64,000 nt of DNA from positions 62,001-126,000 of the IMG/VR virus record IMGVR_UViG_3300005529_000001; one strand, written 5' to 3'. The notes beneath the pieces are model-generated. The model was given only the letters and a program-made list of their open reading frames with translations. It was not told the DNA's origin and did no database searches. Both the position numbers and the translations under genes were made by a program. Positions within the stretch are counted from its first letter, which is position 1; the number at the start of each line of letters is the position of its first letter. Below are positions 51,519 to 59,930 of the stretch, one piece after another.

Positions 51519-53435
51519 ATGGATGTTTTCAGCTCACACCTCGGCCTCATCATTGGGGGCGTGGTCTTCCTGTTCGCGGTGTTGCTCCATCGCATGGTGC
51601 TACGCCTTTTCGGGATGGTCGTCATCCCCGAAGACGGCATCGGCATCGTCACAAAGAAGTTCGTGCTCTTCGGAACCAACAAGGTCCTGCCTGACGGAGC
51701 CGTCGTCGCTCTCCAGGGCGAAGCTGGCGTCCAGGCTGACACCCTCGCGCCGGGCGTTCACTTCGGTCTCTGGCCTTGGCAGTTCGACATCGCAGTCCAG
51801 AAGTTCGTCACCATCGCCCGAGGCAACCTGGGTGTTGTCGTCGCTCGGGACGGCAAGGCGATCAGCGGAGGTCGCATCTTGGGCCGCACCGTCGAGTGCG
51901 ACTCCTTCCAGAACGCCAGGCAGTTCCTGCAGTCAGGCGGCGAGCGCGGACCCCAGCTAGCGATCATCCCGCCCGGGACCTACCGCATCAACACCGGGCT
52001 CTTCACCATCCAGATGACTGACGTCACCGAGGTCCATGACAACATGGTCGGCGTCGTCACCACCAAGGAGGGCCAGGCTCTCGACACGGGTGCCATCGCG
52101 GGACCCGAGGTCCCCGATCACAACATGTACCAGGACCCGCAGAAGTTCCTGAACGGCGGTGGCCGCAAGGGTCTCCAGGAGCAGGTGATCCTGGCGGGAC
52201 GTTACTACATCAACCCGCTCTTCGCCACTGTCGAAGAGGTCGCGATGACAGAGGTCCCCATCGCCCAGGCAGGCGTCGTCATCGCCTTCGTCGGCAAGGA
52301 AGGCGTCGATGTCACAGGTGACTCGTTCAAGCACGGCAACCTGGTCAGCAAGGGCCAGCGTGGTGTCTGGGCCGACCCGCTCGATCCCGGTCGCTACCCG
52401 ATCAACCCCTACACCCACCGGGTCGAGAACGTGCCGACAGCAAACATCGTCCTGAACTGGGCGACGGGCAAGTCGGAAGCTCACAACCTCGACAAGAACC
52501 TCAGCACCATCACGGTGCGGTCCAACGACGGGTTCACGTTCAACCTGGATGTCTCGCAGATCATCCACATTCCCAGGGCCAGCGCCTCGAAGGTCATCGC
52601 CCGGTTCGGCAACGTCGCCAACCTGGTCACCCAGGTCCTGGAACCGACGATCGGCAACTACTTCCGCAACGCGGCACAGGGTTCCGACGTCATCAAGTTC
52701 CTCGGTGCCCGCCAGGAACGCCAGAACGATGCCAAGAAGTCGATCGGTGACGCGCTCAATGACTACGACGTTGTCGCGGTTGACACCCTGATCGGAGACA
52801 TCACTCCGCCGAAGGAGCTGATGAAGACCCTGACTGACCGCAAGATCGCTCAGGAAGAACAGGCAACGTTCCAGACCCAGCGCCAGGCGGAAGAGCAGCG
52901 CAAGGACCTCGAGCAGGCCCGAGCGACCGCAGCCACCCAGGCCAAGGTCGTCGATGCCGAGCGGAAGGTCGCCATCGCTGAGTTCGAGGCCCAACAGGCG
53001 GTGAAGAAGGCCGAAGGTGACTCTCGGTCGATGGTCATCAATGCCAGGGCCAGCGCCGAGATGGACGTCGTCAAGGCCGAGGCGGCAGCGAAGGTCAAGA
53101 CGGCGATCGCCGAAGCGGAAGCCAAGGCAACCGTCCTCAACGGTGATGCCCAAGGCAAGTCGATCGCCGCGGTTGGTACCGCAGAAGCCGCGGTCATCAA
53201 GGCCAAGGCGGACGCGGTCGACCAGACCAACTACGCTACGATCGAGGTCGCTCGGGCTCTCGCCAATGGCAAGCACCCGCTCGTTCCCCAGATCGTCGCA
53301 GGCGGCGGTGGCGAGGGCGGGGGCATGAACAACCTGACCAGCGTCCTGATGGCCAACCTCATCGACAGGGAGAGCCACCAGCCAAAGGTGAACGGCACTG
53401 CAACTCGCAAGCCCTCCGAGAAGTCGTCAGACTGA
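51519..53435 (+). CDS. SPFH/flotillin-family membrane protein
   Basis: N-terminal TM; repeated GVV...G.Q...L.PG.Y.IN units; SPFH core (ITVRSNDGF.F.LDVSQI...VLEP.IGNYFRN); AEA-rich coiled coil; LVP.I..GG tail. Confidence 0.9.
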   Translation: MDVFSSHLGLIIGGVVFLFAVLLHRMVLRLFGMVVIPEDGIGIVTKKFVLFGTNKVLPDGAVVALQGEAGVQADTLAPGVHFGLWPWQFDIAVQKFVTIARGNLGVVVARDGKAISGGRILGRTVECDSFQNARQFLQSGGERGPQLAIIPPGTYRINTGLFTIQMTDVTEVHDNMVGVVTTKEGQALDTGAIAGPEVPDHNMYQDPQKFLNGGGRKGLQEQVILAGRYYINPLFATVEEVAMTEVPIAQAGVVIAFVGKEGVDVTGDSFKHGNLVSKGQRGVWADPLDPGRYPINPYTHRVENVPTANIVLNWATGKSEAHNLDKNLSTITVRSNDGFTFNLDVSQIIHIPRASASKVIARFGNVANLVTQVLEPTIGNYFRNAAQGSDVIKFLGARQERQNDAKKSIGDALNDYDVVAVDTLIGDITPPKELMKTLTDRKIAQEEQATFQTQRQAEEQRKDLEQARATAATQAKVVDAERKVAIAEFEAQQAVKKAEGDSRSMVINARASAEMDVVKAEAAAKVKTAIAEAEAKATVLNGDAQGKSIAAVGTAEAAVIKAKADAVDQTNYATIEVARALANGKHPLVPQIVAGGGGEGGGMNNLTSVLMANLIDRESHQPKVNGTATRKPSEKSSD

Positions 53436-53452
53436 CCGTAGGCAACTTCATC

Positions 53453-53484
53453 CAGGCCGCTCTTGGTTATCCAGGGGCGGCCTG
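53453..53484 (+). terminator. hairpin after the flotillin gene
   Basis: CAGGCCGCTCTTGG-TTAT-CCAGGGGCGGCCTG. Confidence 0.55.
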
Positions 53485-53505
53485 AGGGCGTTAAATGGAG
53501 CCAAG

Positions 53506-53907
53506 ATGGGCAAGCAACCAGACGAACGAGCGGTCCCCGACATCAAGCACCTGTGGCTGAAAGACGTGGTCGATCATGACTATGATGCCGCCTTCAGCTT
53601 CCTCTTCATCAGGGTCGGCAAGAAACGTGCGATAACGCTGGTTGACAAGCTTCACAAGGAAGCTGACGTCACCTGGATGCGAGCTAACGACATCCTACGT
53701 GCTTGCAACCTGCCCGCCCTGGGCATCAATGACCCAGGCACCCACCACAACATGGTGAAGACGATCCGGGGCAAGTCGCTAAGCCCGGTGCTGGTGGTTA
53801 CATTGAAGGACGGGACCAGCACCATCGCTGATGGTTACCACCGGGTCTCCTGGGCTTACCAGATCTCACCCTGGGTCATGGTCCCCGGGCGCTTGGTCAC
53901 CGAGTGA
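53506..53907 (+). CDS. ParB/Srx N-terminal-domain-like protein
   Basis: LSPVLVV...IADGYHRV motif. Confidence 0.65.
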   Translation: MGKQPDERAVPDIKHLWLKDVVDHDYDAAFSFLFIRVGKKRAITLVDKLHKEADVTWMRANDILRACNLPALGINDPGTHHNMVKTIRGKSLSPVLVVTLKDGTSTIADGYHRVSWAYQISPWVMVPGRLVTE

Positions 53908-53911
53908 CGGG

Positions 53912-54193
53912 ATGTCACGCGCTGCTGGCACCCGGTGTGGGGGACCCTGGACCGCCAACGTCAATGATGAACACCTCCAGTGGTATGATGAGTGGGTCGA
54001 GCCGGGACAGCTCAGGCGACAGCCCAAGCAAGACTCGATCGCGTTGGTCATCGGTCCCATGGATGACCAAGACAGGCACCAGCACGACAGGACGGTGCGG
54101 TGGTTGCTCCTGATGGACGACAGGCTCATCGCCAAGTCTTTGCAAGAAATCGGTGACTGGTGGCTGGTGCATCCCACCCCCTTTGAGGTTTAG
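53912..54193 (+). CDS. PG-family barrel protein (divergent)
   Basis: EPGQL...ALVIG...WLLL; start uncertain. Confidence 0.5.
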   Translation: MSRAAGTRCGGPWTANVNDEHLQWYDEWVEPGQLRRQPKQDSIALVIGPMDDQDRHQHDRTVRWLLLMDDRLIAKSLQEIGDWWLVHPTPFEV

Positions 54194-54202
54194 GATTTTC
54201 TC

Positions 54203-54451
54203 ATGTCAATATCGGGCGAAGAGTTCTTGTGGATTTACTTCACGATGTGGCCCGTCCTCTTCCTCATCGACGGGCTGTGGCACCGCTTCACTCACAGGAA
54301 GATGAGTGACGGAGACATCCTGATCCACTCGCTCTACATCTTCATCTGGCCCTTCGGCTTGCCCATGCTCGTGGTACTCAAGTGCTGGTGGGTGGGGCTT
54401 GACATGCTCGGGAACGGGTTAATCCGAGCCTGGCGTTGGATCGTCGGATGA
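54203..54451 (+). CDS. small membrane protein
   Basis: two hydrophobic segments with WP motif. Confidence 0.6.
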   Translation: MSISGEEFLWIYFTMWPVLFLIDGLWHRFTHRKMSDGDILIHSLYIFIWPFGLPMLVVLKCWWVGLDMLGNGLIRAWRWIVG

Positions 54452-54759
54452 CAGACCCGACGTGGTGGCGTTTCAACCAGGAGCCTGACGGAAAGGTAGA
54501 TCCGGAGGCTTTCCACTGGACCCACGTCAAGCCCGGTGATGTCGTCCAATCACGTGGGACAAACGCATTCCGCCAGCGTGATTTCGTCGGGCGGACGATG
54601 GACACAAAGGTTCTCACCCTTGCTCGCAGCCCCGTCCTAGTCCTGTCCAGACACGAGGGCATCCCGGGCGAAGAGTCTCCCGGTGATACAGTCACTTTCA
54701 CTTGCTTGTCACGCCATGGGATCATCATCGTTCTCCAATCGGTGAAGAGAAAAACGTGA
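54448..54759 (+). CDS. PG-family barrel protein (divergent)
   Basis: KPGDVV...VLVLS. Confidence 0.55.
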   Translation: MTDPTWWRFNQEPDGKVDPEAFHWTHVKPGDVVQSRGTNAFRQRDFVGRTMDTKVLTLARSPVLVLSRHEGIPGEESPGDTVTFTCLSRHGIIIVLQSVKRKT

Positions 54760-55010
54760 CACGCACCAAACGGAAAAGGCTCTTTTTAGAGAAAGACCCA
54801 CCCAAGCCAGGTGACCTGGTCTTGCTGAAGCGTGGCCATGCTTTCCGGACCCTCCCTCAAGGCAAGGGAGGACTTGTCAGGTACAGCCGCGAAGATGAAG
54901 TTGCGTTGCTCATCGGGTTTGATCATTTCCTAGAAGATGCGTTGTTGCTGTCGTTGGGTAGCTACACAATGGGCTGGTATGACGTTAGAGAGTACACGAT
55001 CGTTCCTTGA
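54756..55010 (+). CDS. SH3b-like paralog
   Basis: KPGDLV...ALLIG...MGWY. Confidence 0.65.
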   Translation: MTRTKRKRLFLEKDPPKPGDLVLLKRGHAFRTLPQGKGGLVRYSREDEVALLIGFDHFLEDALLLSLGSYTMGWYDVREYTIVP

Positions 55011-55759
55011 AAGGTGATCGAAAACTACGCGTGGTGGCGAAGTATATTGAGAGGGTGACGCCTAAATTTCTCGTCTACACCATGTATTGTGGTGAGTTTG
55101 ACTTCAATCACTGCGTGAGAGCCATTGCCTCACAACGTGACGTGGAGGTCAAGCACGAGGTCGTCAGCTACCTTCCAGAAATGGAAGCACACAACGTCGT
55201 CTACCAGGCGTTCAACGCCGCGGGACCCGAGTGGTACCGTGCTAAGATCGACGCTGACGTAGAGCTGCTTGATGATCGCGTCCTGCAACGGGCGGCTCAA
55301 CGGTTCAGGGAGTTGCCCCTCGCCCACGGGATCAGCCCGTTGGTTCACGATTATCTCTCTGATAGCGAGATCCATGCAGGCGTGAATTTCTACACTCACC
55401 ATGTTGGGTTTGATGTCCAAAAAGACAACTTGCGATGCGATCGTGGCATGGTCTTTAGGGAGTCTGAGCACTGGCTTGGCGGTGACATGCCCGTTGTTGG
55501 CAAGCACATGCATCATTGCAACGAGCTGGCAGCATTCAGGTACGGGTTCCATCGTGGTATGAAGGGGCAGATCTCGATCCGCGACAAGGTTAAGGTTGCT
55601 TCAGAGAAACACGTAGCTGACACACGTAATCACCTTCGTGCTTTAGCATTGAAGGGATTTGATGTGGGACTTTCAGCAAATCGCAACATCGGTCACAACT
55701 ACGGTGACAGTGACCTCATGGACGCATTCAAACGAGCAACCGCACAAGGATCTCAATGA
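55007..55759 (+). CDS. glycosyltransferase-like protein (GT-A)
   Basis: C...IASQ, AKIDADV (DxD); start uncertain. Confidence 0.5.
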   Translation: MKGDRKLRVVAKYIERVTPKFLVYTMYCGEFDFNHCVRAIASQRDVEVKHEVVSYLPEMEAHNVVYQAFNAAGPEWYRAKIDADVELLDDRVLQRAAQRFRELPLAHGISPLVHDYLSDSEIHAGVNFYTHHVGFDVQKDNLRCDRGMVFRESEHWLGGDMPVVGKHMHHCNELAAFRYGFHRGMKGQISIRDKVKVASEKHVADTRNHLRALALKGFDVGLSANRNIGHNYGDSDLMDAFKRATAQGSQ

Positions 55760-56622
55760 GATACGTTGACATTATCAAGATGCGTGCCGCTTGCAAGTCA
55801 GCCGCTGAGACGTTGCAATACGTGGGTGGGTTGGTCAGGCCAGGCATCACCACTGCGGAGATCGACAGGCTTGTTCACAATGATACCGTCAGACGTGGTG
55901 GCAAGCCCGCGCCCTTGAACTACAGGGGATTCCCCAAATCATGCTGCACGTCGATAAACGACGTCGTCTGCCACGGCATCCCAGACAAGACGGTGCTAAA
56001 AGAAGGTGACATCGTCAACATTGACGTGACGACGATCCTCGATGGACACTTCGGTGACACCAACGCCACGTTCTACGTGGGACAGGTGAAGCCCGAAGTC
56101 GAGCGGTTCGTGTCACGTGCAGCGATGGCGATGTGGGCAGGCATCCACGTCGTCCGCCCGGGCATCAAACTAGGAATGGTGGGCCAAGCGATCGAGGCTT
56201 ATGCCAAGAGTGAAGGGTACAGTGTGGTCAGGGATTTCGGCGGTCACGGCATTGGCCGGATCTTCCACGCCAAGCCACATGTCCATCACTTTGCCAATGA
56301 TGAGGGTCCGGTCCTCAAGGTCGGCGACACCTTCACCATCGAACCCATGATCAACATGGGTGGGCCCGACGTGGTCATCGACAAAGCTGACAGCTGGACA
56401 GCGCGGACTGCTGATGGCTCGCTCAGTGCGCAGTTCGAAAACACCGTCCTTGTAACAGATGATGGTGTTGAAGTGTTGACAATGGCAGAGAGCCCAGACG
56501 TCCAGTGTCACGTTTGTGGCACTTGGAGCTGGCTCGAGGGCAGCGATCCCGTCAAGTGGGGCTGGACAGAGAAAGAGGGTAGGTGGACGTGCAAGCAGTG
56601 CAGAACCAATGAGTCACCTTGA
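55756..56622 (+). CDS. map: methionine aminopeptidase type I with C-terminal Zn-ribbon tail
   Basis: FPKSCCTSINDVVCHGIP, DIVNIDVT, GDT, GHGIG..FH, TIEPMI, SAQFE; tail CHVC...CKQC. Confidence 0.92.
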   Translation: MRYVDIIKMRAACKSAAETLQYVGGLVRPGITTAEIDRLVHNDTVRRGGKPAPLNYRGFPKSCCTSINDVVCHGIPDKTVLKEGDIVNIDVTTILDGHFGDTNATFYVGQVKPEVERFVSRAAMAMWAGIHVVRPGIKLGMVGQAIEAYAKSEGYSVVRDFGGHGIGRIFHAKPHVHHFANDEGPVLKVGDTFTIEPMINMGGPDVVIDKADSWTARTADGSLSAQFENTVLVTDDGVEVLTMAESPDVQCHVCGTWSWLEGSDPVKWGWTEKEGRWTCKQCRTNESP

Positions 56623-56848
56623 TGACTACCCGCTCATTGAGCTTGATCGGGTCGAGGGCGGTCCCATTGACGACGCTAAGCCCGGTGATTTCGTGAGGTA
56701 CAGCAACGAACCTGCTACCACGTTTGGGATGCTGATCGCCCGGGTTGACAGGGGATCGTTTCACGGTGACGTGGTGATGGTGCTGTGGTCACAAGCACCC
56801 GTCGCCCGCCTCAGCTCCAGCCGCGTCAACAGGTGGGAGGATCTGTGA
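56609..56848 (+). CDS. SH3-like 'VLWS' family protein
   Basis: KPGDFV...FGMLIA...VLWS..P. Confidence 0.7.
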   Translation: MSHLDDYPLIELDRVEGGPIDDAKPGDFVRYSNEPATTFGMLIARVDRGSFHGDVVMVLWSQAPVARLSSSRVNRWEDL

Positions 56849-57303
56849 GCCAGCTCGAGCGAGTGACGACTCGAGACGTGTGGTGCCCGTCTGAGGAGTA
56901 CCCGTCGCCCGGCGTCTTTGTCAAGCACATCGCGGACGACAAGTCCTTGGGCATGATCGTTGGTCGCGAGGGAACTGACCTTCTAGTCCTGTGGTCAAAG
57001 CAACCGTTTCACATCAAGATTGAGACACGAGACATCAAGCCAACGTCGCGGAAGCTTCGCATCAAGTTCAGTGTTGTTCCTGACGTCATGTCGCCAGAGT
57101 TCCAACAACTAGCGCAGCACGAGGTGCATGAGGATTTCGCCCCGGGTGAGCTGACGCCGAGCGGGATCAACTGGTACCAACGTCACGGTGGACGGGTAAC
57201 ACTTCACCAGGACGGACACGCTGAGGTTGACCGAACCGTGAGTGACCTCGGAGAGTACGATCTTAAAAGAGCTCAAGTGGAATATGAAACTCGACGTCGT
57301 TGA
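56845..57303 (+). CDS. SH3-like 'VLWS' protein fused to a gp23-like capsid fragment (middle region)
   Basis: SPGVFV...LGMIVG...VLWS..P then IKIETRDIKPTSRKLRIKFS. Confidence 0.65.
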   Translation: MSQLERVTTRDVWCPSEEYPSPGVFVKHIADDKSLGMIVGREGTDLLVLWSKQPFHIKIETRDIKPTSRKLRIKFSVVPDVMSPEFQQLAQHEVHEDFAPGELTPSGINWYQRHGGRVTLHQDGHAEVDRTVSDLGEYDLKRAQVEYETRRR

Positions 57304-57658
57304 CAAGAAAGAAGTCGAACACGAGCTCAAGCCTGGTCAGCTGTGGCAATGGGTTTTTGATGTCGAAATGCCAAACGTTCCCAAAGGTTGGTGGATGGCG
57401 CAGAGGGTGACTGAAGAGGGTCGGCGCTTAGGCATCGCCGCAAACCACCCATTCATCATGAGTTATGGGATGACATTCGTCATCATTCACCCTGATGATA
57501 CGGGCCCTTACCAATACAACCTCACTCACGTTGATGAGAACGGGCTCGTACAGTCTGACCCACCCCTACGTTATCACGTCGTCCTCATCGGAGACACACT
57601 TGTCTGGTTCCAACATGATTGGTTAAAATCATGCACATTGCTGACTGACGTGGAGTAG
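57284..57658 (+). CDS. PG-family barrel protein (divergent)
   Basis: LKPGQLW...VVLIG..LVW. Confidence 0.55.
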   Translation: MKLDVVDKKEVEHELKPGQLWQWVFDVEMPNVPKGWWMAQRVTEEGRRLGIAANHPFIMSYGMTFVIIHPDDTGPYQYNLTHVDENGLVQSDPPLRYHVVLIGDTLVWFQHDWLKSCTLLTDVE

Positions 57659-57678
57659 GATAACGATGCCATGCGTTA

Positions 57679-57978
57679 GTGATGCTTACAACAATTCGCA
57701 ACGACATGCAATCACGGCGGCAGGTCCAACGACGCTTTCCGCCGGGCTCGTTCATCATCAATCACCCCGGCGATCGGATCGCGCTCGTCGTGGGTTGGGG
57801 ACCGACGGAGTCCACACTTCGGCAGTCGATCACCGAACCCAGCCGGATGTTAGGACGGCCTCGTTCATGGGTCGCTTACATCATCGAGGACAACAGGATC
57901 AAGACCGTCATGTGGGAGGTCGTCCGGGATGGATACACGATGGAAGAGTGGGAGGCTCTCCGTGAAGCTGGTCCGTGA
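57679..57978 (+). CDS. PG-family barrel protein (divergent)
   Basis: PPGSFI...ALVVG. Confidence 0.55.
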   Translation: MMLTTIRNDMQSRRQVQRRFPPGSFIINHPGDRIALVVGWGPTESTLRQSITEPSRMLGRPRSWVAYIIEDNRIKTVMWEVVRDGYTMEEWEALREAGP

Positions 57979-58318
57979 AAAAGACGTCAACAGGGGTCAC
58001 CTGGTCAGGACTATCTGTGCGGGTGATCCCAACACTCCCCTGTTGCCGGGCGACATGGTCAGGCACTGGCAAGACTCCCAGAGCTCGGGCACCGTCATCT
58101 CAGTCTCAGACGATGGACGGGTGAATGGCGACCTTGAAGCGATGGTGCTCTGGACGAAGCTGCCCTTCAACGGACAATACCCTCCCTCGCCAGTGATGCC
58201 CACGGACACCAACCCGTGTGCAGAAGTCACGTTGATGACCGACATGTTCACAGCTGGCATCATCAGCAAGAAGACGATGTACGAACACCTCGGACTGGAT
58301 CCAGATGAGCAACCTTAA
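57962..58318 (+). CDS. SH3-like 'VLW' protein with an RNR-like TNPCAE motif in its tail
   Basis: LPGDMV...GTVIS...VLWT..P then TNPCAEVTL. Confidence 0.6.
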   Translation: MKLVREKDVNRGHLVRTICAGDPNTPLLPGDMVRHWQDSQSSGTVISVSDDGRVNGDLEAMVLWTKLPFNGQYPPSPVMPTDTNPCAEVTLMTDMFTAGIISKKTMYEHLGLDPDEQP

Positions 58319-58712
58319 AACGTATGAAGGCCAGCTAGCGCGTGATATCGTGAGCATTGACGCTCGATCCTTTCAAGTCAGCGAACACACATTAGCAATC
58401 TGTCTTTCTCCGGGCGATTGGGTCAAGCACCGCTTTTACGAACGAGCTCCGGGTTTAGGCATGTTGGTTGCTGTCGGCAAGAAACGTGATTCCTTGATGA
58501 AAGAGATCGATTTTATCACGGTCCTGTGGTCAGTTGAACCCACAAACCCGTTCAATGCGTTGTCACCCAGCCTCGTGTACGCTCCATACATCCCGCTTGT
58601 AATAACGCCAACAGTGATTGAAACCGAGTCACCCGTCGCCGCTTATCAATACCATCGTAAGTTGGTAAACAAGTCATATTTTAGCAGCATCAAAGTCAAG
58701 GACATCAAGTGA
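58305..58712 (+). CDS. SH3-like 'VLWS' protein fused to a gp23-like capsid C-terminal fragment
   Basis: SPGDWV...LGMLVA...VLWS..P then VYAPYIPL..TP...KLVNKSYFSSIKVKDI. Confidence 0.75.
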   Translation: MSNLKTYEGQLARDIVSIDARSFQVSEHTLAICLSPGDWVKHRFYERAPGLGMLVAVGKKRDSLMKEIDFITVLWSVEPTNPFNALSPSLVYAPYIPLVITPTVIETESPVAAYQYHRKLVNKSYFSSIKVKDIK

Positions 58713-59317
58713 GCGCTCTCAAAACATACGGTCGCTTGTTCAATGACGAGGATGGGAAATATTACCCCTGGGACTTCCGGCTCACCAACGGGTGTGGCAA
58801 TCCCAACTGTGATGTGTTAGCTCCTGGCGAGTGGGTAGAACACAGATCCTGGGGTGGCTTCGGGATGATCATCGCCATTGATGATCAGCAAATCACCATC
58901 CTGTGGAGCGAAGAGCCCCACACCCCAACATTCCCCAGCATTGCGGGCCTGACTCACCGCGTCAACATGCAACAGGTGGCTCAAGCTCTGATTGCAGTCC
59001 AGCCGATGTCACTGCCCGCAGGTGCCATCTTCTACATGGACTACACGTATGGAGGTTACAAGCTCGACCCCAGGTGCAACGAGGGTCCCCTGTGGCGTAG
59101 GATGTTCTGGCGAGCATGCCTGTACACGTCTACACGGATCCAGTCGTGGTGGTCGTCTTTCTCATCCTGGTCACGCTCCTTGTTGTCCAAGCCTACCATA
59201 CCAATCGAGCCCGATCAGTTCGAAAAGGAACTGAAGAACATCATCACAAGATGCGGGAGACGGACGACGGCCAGCAAGCCAAAGGCCCTGCCCACAAAGA
59301 CGCCTGAGGGAGGTTGA
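58709..59317 (+). CDS. SH3-like 'ILWS' protein fused to a gp23-like capsid fragment (Gol region)
   Basis: APGEWV...FGMIIA...ILWS..P then LIAVQPMSLPAGAIFYMDYTYG. Confidence 0.75.
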   Translation: MSALKTYGRLFNDEDGKYYPWDFRLTNGCGNPNCDVLAPGEWVEHRSWGGFGMIIAIDDQQITILWSEEPHTPTFPSIAGLTHRVNMQQVAQALIAVQPMSLPAGAIFYMDYTYGGYKLDPRCNEGPLWRRMFWRACLYTSTRIQSWWSSFSSWSRSLLSKPTIPIEPDQFEKELKNIITRCGRRTTASKPKALPTKTPEGG

Positions 59318-59320
59318 CCA

Positions 59321-59611
59321 GTGCCCCCGGTCCGCCCCCAAGAAAACCCGTACAAGCCCGGTGATTGGGTCACCATGGCACAGGGAAACGGTGCTGGTGA
59401 GGGAATCCTGTGGCGGGTCAACAAAGTTGATGGCAGCTGGATCAAGATCGAACCCGCGTGGGCGGTGACAGGGCGCAGCGTGCTCCGACCGAAGCGGGTG
59501 CAATACTTCCAAGTAGATGCAGCCGATATCGTCCAGCTTGGTTCCGCCTTCCAGCAACTCTCAAACATCATCCGCGACATTGCTATCTCGCGAGGCATGG
59601 ACCGTGAGTGA
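59321..59611 (+). CDS. barrel + helix protein, paralog of 59604-59930
   Basis: KPGDWV...I.PAW...DIV.LG..F...IRD.A..GMD. Confidence 0.65.
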   Translation: MPPVRPQENPYKPGDWVTMAQGNGAGEGILWRVNKVDGSWIKIEPAWAVTGRSVLRPKRVQYFQVDAADIVQLGSAFQQLSNIIRDIAISRGMDRE

Positions 59612-59930
59612 GGGTGACCTGGTTATGTGGCACGGCAAGCAGACTGAGCACACATCGCTCAAGAACAGGGTCGTTTACCAGGTGATGCAGGTCGAGGAGA
59701 GGGACAGCGACCTGATCGGGACGATGGTCACCTTCAAGCTCCGACCCGCGTTTGACATCGGCCAACCGATGGGCGTTGCTGTTCACACCATCTCATGGTC
59801 GAGCAGCGAGCTACGCAAGGTGACGCTGGTTGACCTCGGCGTCATCAGGCTCTCATTTGACAATTTCATCCGTGAGTATGCCCGAATGTTGGGCATGGAA
59901 ACGACGGACAATGAACTTCCCGGAACGTGA
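59604..59930 (+). CDS. barrel + helix protein, paralog of 59321-59611
   Basis: EGDLV...L.PAF...TLV.LG....FIRE.A..GME. Confidence 0.65.
   Translation: MSEGDLVMWHGKQTEHTSLKNRVVYQVMQVEERDSDLIGTMVTFKLRPAFDIGQPMGVAVHTISWSSSELRKVTLVDLGVIRLSFDNFIREYARMLGMETTDNELPGT

Noticed and set aside
51957-53378. Long antisense ORFs such as 51957-53378, 49055-49900, 28735-29727, 10937-11851 and 20891-21832
   Set aside because: These are shadow frames expected opposite high-GC, codon-biased genes; they carry no motifs or expression signals.
53506-53907. Plasmid or chromosome partition system
   Set aside because: Only a short ParB/Srx-like N-domain is present, with no HTH, no adjacent ParA and no parS-like repeats.
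56845-59317. A split or pseudogenised major capsid gene
   Set aside because: The gp23-like pieces are short, out of order (middle, C-terminus, N-proximal) and each is fused to its own intact barrel domain in an open, coupled ORF.
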